From Guillardia theta CCMP2712 (taxonomy: Eukaryota > Protista > Cryptophyta): a stretch of DNA of 64,000 nt. Below the pieces are notes generated by a model. The model was not told the origin of the DNA. It saw only the letters and a list, made by a program, of their open reading frames with translations, and ran no database searches. Position numbers and translations under genes: made by a program. The stretch spans positions 268,246 through 332,245 of the forward strand of contig NW_005434621.1 in the NCBI RefSeq assembly GCF_000315625.1, given 5' to 3'. Shown here piece after piece: positions 60,301 through 64,000 of the stretch (the first letter of the stretch is position 1; every line of letters starts with the position of its first letter).

Positions 60301-62628
60301 AGTTCCTCCCATTCAGAAGGCCATCAGCTTGTACAAGAATCTGTTCCGAAACGATTCGTCATTGAAGACGCGAGAGATGGCAAAAGTCCGCTGTCATGGG
60401 CGGTCTGACCTGTGTGCTTGAGAATGCGCTGAACGAGGTCGGGAGAGCCGAAGTCAAGAAGCCGGAGATGTCGACGGATGAGACGAGCTGAGCAATGAGA
60501 AGAGAAGTGAGAAAAGAATCGAGAAGAGAAGAGAGATGAGAGGAAATGGAAGGAGAGGAGAGTGAATTAGGAGGGAGACGGAAGCGTGCAAGACGATGGA
60601 GATGATGGAGATGAGGACAACAATCAAGGAAGAAAACGATGATGAGGAGGAGGAGGGAGGGGGAAGGGAGGAGCATACCTCGATCCTGGCTTCTGGGATT
60701 ATACCTACCGTCTCTACACCATTGGCTGTATTAAAACTTCACCCTTCTCATCCCCCTTGCTGGGAGACCCCTTATACCTCCAGCTTCCCCACCCCACCTG
60801 GATATTTCATGGGGCGAGTTACGGGGAAAACCTTTTCCATTTCTCTCTAAGAATTATTGACTATCTGTTTTTGCTTATAGCCAACCCCCTTTCTAGACTC
60901 TCCATCACCCATCTCANNNNNNNNNNNNNNNNNNNNNNNNNNNNNNNNNNNNNNNNNNNNNNNNNNNNNNNNNNNNNNNNNNNNNNNNNNNNNNNNNNNN
61001 NNNNNNNNNNNNNNNNNNNNNNNNNNNNNNNNNNNNNNNNNNNNNNNNNNNNNNNNNNNNNNNNNNNNNNNNNNNNNNNNNNNNNNNNNNNNNNNNNNNN
61101 NNNNNNNNNNNNNNNNNNNNNNNNNNNNNNNNNNNNNNNNNNNNNNNNNNNNNNNNNNNNNNNNNNNNNNNNNNNNNNNNNNNNNNNNNNNNNNNNNNNN
61201 NNNNNNNNNNNNNNNNNNNNNNNNNNNNNNNNNNNNNNNNNNNNNNNNNNNNNNNNNNNNNNNNNNNNNNNNNNNNNNNNNNNNNNNNNNNNNNNNNNNN
61301 NNNNNNNNNNNNNNNNNNNNNNNNNNNNNNNNNNNNNNNNNNNNNNNNNNNNNNNNNNNNNNNNNNNNNNNNNNNNNNNNNNNNNNNNNNNNNNNNNNNN
61401 NNNNNNNNNNNNNNNNNNNNNNNNNNNNNNNNNNNNNNNNNNNNNNNNNNNNNNNNNNNNNNNNNNNNNNNNNNNNNNNNNNNNNNNNNNNNNNNNNNNN
61501 NNNNNNNNNNNNNNNNNNNNNNNNNNNNNNNNNNNNNNNNNNNNNNNNNNNNNNNNNNNNNNNNNNNNNNNNNNNNNNNNNNNNNNNNNNNNNNNNNNNN
61601 NNNNNNNNNNNNNNNNNNNNNNNNNNNNNNNNNNNNNNNNNNNNNNNNNNNNNNNNNNNNNNNNNNNNNNNNNNNAAAGAGGAGAGTAGGCGTGCACTCC
61701 TCCTCCTCCTCCTCCTCCTCCTCCTCCTCCTCCTCCTTCTCTTCCTCCTCCTCTCCTCCCCATCATCAATATAATGGTTGCCAAAAAGAGGAAAGAAGAA
61801 GAGGAAAGAAAGAAGATTGAGCAGGGGCAGAGGAACGGGCAGGAGCAGGAGCAGCACCTGGTCTTCGGATCTGATTTCCGATCAGGCAGCAGTAGATCGG
61901 CCTTTCAACGTTGAAGCCGGAGCCCTCCACAACGACCTCACCACCCGCGATGCTGACGACTCTGCTTGCTGACTGCAAGTTCGCTGCCGTCCCAGTCACC
62001 GCCGCTGCTGCCCGCGCAGGTCATTGCAAGACTTTACCTATGAAGTTGAACTGCAGGCAGGGCCGGCTGACAACCGGAACAAGCCAATCGTCCTCCATCA
62101 AGTGAAGCGGGTGGAACCCGTCCACGAGAGCCGCCGGCATGATGAAGGAGACTTGACTCTCGTTAACGAACGTTGCACTGATGTTCAAGACTTGTGAAGT
62201 CGACAGGCTCAACCTGTACAGAAGACAATGAGAGAGGTCGATGAAAGACTTTGACTTGTCTTGTCTCTCACCCCACAATCATCGTTGCTGACGGTGTGAA
62301 CTTTCCCAACAAGCTGACCTGATATCCGCCTCTGAAGCAATATTTACCGTCTGTCGATTCAAGACGAAACAAGTGTCTGCAACCTCAAATTTCCCTGCGA
62401 AGGCAGCATCGTTCGAACATAATTTGTCTTGTATTCGAAGATAGTTGACAACTTCCCGAAATCTGATGACGACAAATACTTCAGAGATTGAATGAGAGAT
62501 TTATGACATGGAAAAGCTTTCAAGGGAAAGAGATCTTGACAAGAAAAGCCTACCGCAGGAGACAGTCACGTTGGCTTTTCCTACCCCAGGCCATGGCGGA
62601 ACCTGACGACAGAAGTGACAATGATGTT

Positions 62629-62662
<34 letters not shown>

Positions 62663-62677
62663 ACAACAACAACAACA

Positions 62678-62739
<62 letters not shown>

Positions 62740-64000
62740 AACAACAACAACAACAACATTCCATCTCCCGTCACCTGCACATCCAGCCTCGACAACGACT
62801 GAATTTGAGACTTCACGCACTTGTACGCCTTGCATCCGTTCTGACATGTGCAGAAGTCGTAGGCTACCTGACCCTCAACGCCTCTGAAGATCACTTCGCA
62901 GCTCTTGCTCTGCCATGGCAACATCCCAGTCAGTCTCCTCGCTCCGACTTACTACATGCGCGTATCACCAACGGCAGACCGTAACCCAGGACGGTCAGGT
63001 ACGAGCCCCCAATGGTGGGCCCAACAGCCTGATCGAAGCTATCCAGCACGGATGTGAACAAGAAATTGAATTGTGAGCCTGCAGAAGAGGAAGAGAAGAA
63101 TGTGAGAGAAACGAAAGATTGAGCTTGCAATTGTGACGCCAAGACAAGATGCACATAATGATCACAACCTCATCACTTGCAGGGGTGAAGTTCAACAACG
63201 ATCATGCGTACCATTCACATCCTGCGTTGCCAGCAGACTTTCGTTGTAGTAGAAGGACACGTTCGATCTGCAAGCTCGGAAATTCCATGAAGGAGAAGGA
63301 AACGAGAAGGAGGTTGTGCTCTCAGTGATGGAGTACTGAACTCGCTCATACTTGTCTTCGCACCGAAACTCAACCATAAAGCTCTGCTCTGCAAAGAATC
63401 CAAAACCCTGCCAGGCCATTCATCAACAACTACCTGCTACCTCTCTCCTCTCCCCGTCACGCTCCTTGTCCTCCTTTCCTCCTCTCCCCCATTATCCCGG
63501 AGCCTCCTCCTCAGCTCCTCCTCTTCTTCCTCACCGTCACTGTGAGCTGCAGCCCTCCACTGGCGTATCCTTGTGTCGGGGAGAGACGGTAGATGACAGG
63601 CTGGAAGGAGACGGAGAGGAAGCGCGAGGAGGTCAAATTCACCGTCTCGTTCCGCTCCTTCACCAACACAAAGAAGTTTACAGTCTGCTGCGGTTGGTCC
63701 CACACCGGAGCAGGGCAGGTCAGGTTCCGCCAGGAGGTCACGGTAGCGTCAGAGCAGGCCGCCTCTGATCCGAAGCAGCACGCGTAGGACAGCGAGGAGC
63801 TGAAGCCGAAGCCCGTGACCACGATCGTGCCTGTCTTGAAGGATCATGTCGGGCCAGCTAGCAGTACCACAAGACTAACCTGACCCATCGGACGGAGCTG
63901 TCTGAGAGCTGATCCCCTCCACCTGCTGGTAGTACACGAGCTCTGAGCTTCCTGGCAGAGCGCTGGCGCCAGCAAGGACGGACAGCTTTATCCTCCTCTG
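55100..64000 (-). CDS. Large multi-exon IPT/TIG-repeat, Cys-containing protein, probably extracellular (5' end outside the window; 3' end approximate)
   Basis: Repeated IPT/TIG-type exons: VTGFGFSSSLSYACCF...LTCPAPVW, PVIYRLSPTQGYASGGLQLTV, GPTIGGSYLTVLGYG, IAGGEVVVEGSGF, GAGFLLDQQYTC. Two N gaps lie inside, so continuity as a single gene is unproven. Confidence 0.6.
60917..61675. other. Assembly gap (others at 24206-24305, 41101-41337, 44006-44104, 55972-56071)
   Basis: N runs, several adjacent to microsatellites. Confidence 1.
62631..62757. repeat. Compound trinucleotide microsatellite (CAT)n(CAA)n(CTA)n(CAA)n
   Basis: Seen directly; intronic. Confidence 0.92.

Noticed and set aside
60757-61857. 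Long ORFs of about 300 aa
   Set aside because: Artefacts of translating through N gaps.
1-64000. tRNA, rRNA, transposase or reverse-transcriptase genes
   Set aside because: None recognised by eye; a covariance-model or repeat-library search was not possible.

Overview
Eukaryotic nuclear DNA, not prokaryotic. It is gene-dense, with many short (about 40-60 nt) GT-AG introns, other introns filled with GGA/TCC-type microsatellites, and five N gaps. Bipartite signal-peptide + Phe plastid presequences (IHG-F, VSG-F, SVA-FAP) indicate an alga with a red secondary plastid, most likely a cryptophyte such as Guillardia or Hanusia (inference). About 16 protein-coding loci were read by hand-splicing: the 3' end of an unknown gene, an RNI-like LRR protein, a giant multidomain protein of roughly 3,600 aa (ankyrin, NPHP3/DUF4062-like, degenerate NACHT-like, filamin, kelch, dynein-tail-like), NAT9, a degenerate MTH1-like Nudix protein, plastid GrpE, a TMEM43-like protein, an mPGES-2-like GST, a RING protein, a Ser-rich unknown, a triose-phosphate translocator family member, a Bin3/MePCE methyltransferase with an unexpected signal peptide and LRGG leader, plastid coproporphyrinogen oxidase, a VOC protein, a SnoaL-like protein, a plastid fused PDH E1 alpha/beta, and a large IPT/TIG-repeat protein that runs off the window. 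Intergenic regions carry recurring ACCC/GGGT motif fields, GC-rich TGACTC/GAGTCA islands and 23-bp minisatellites. Exon boundaries are manual predictions; no database searches were run.
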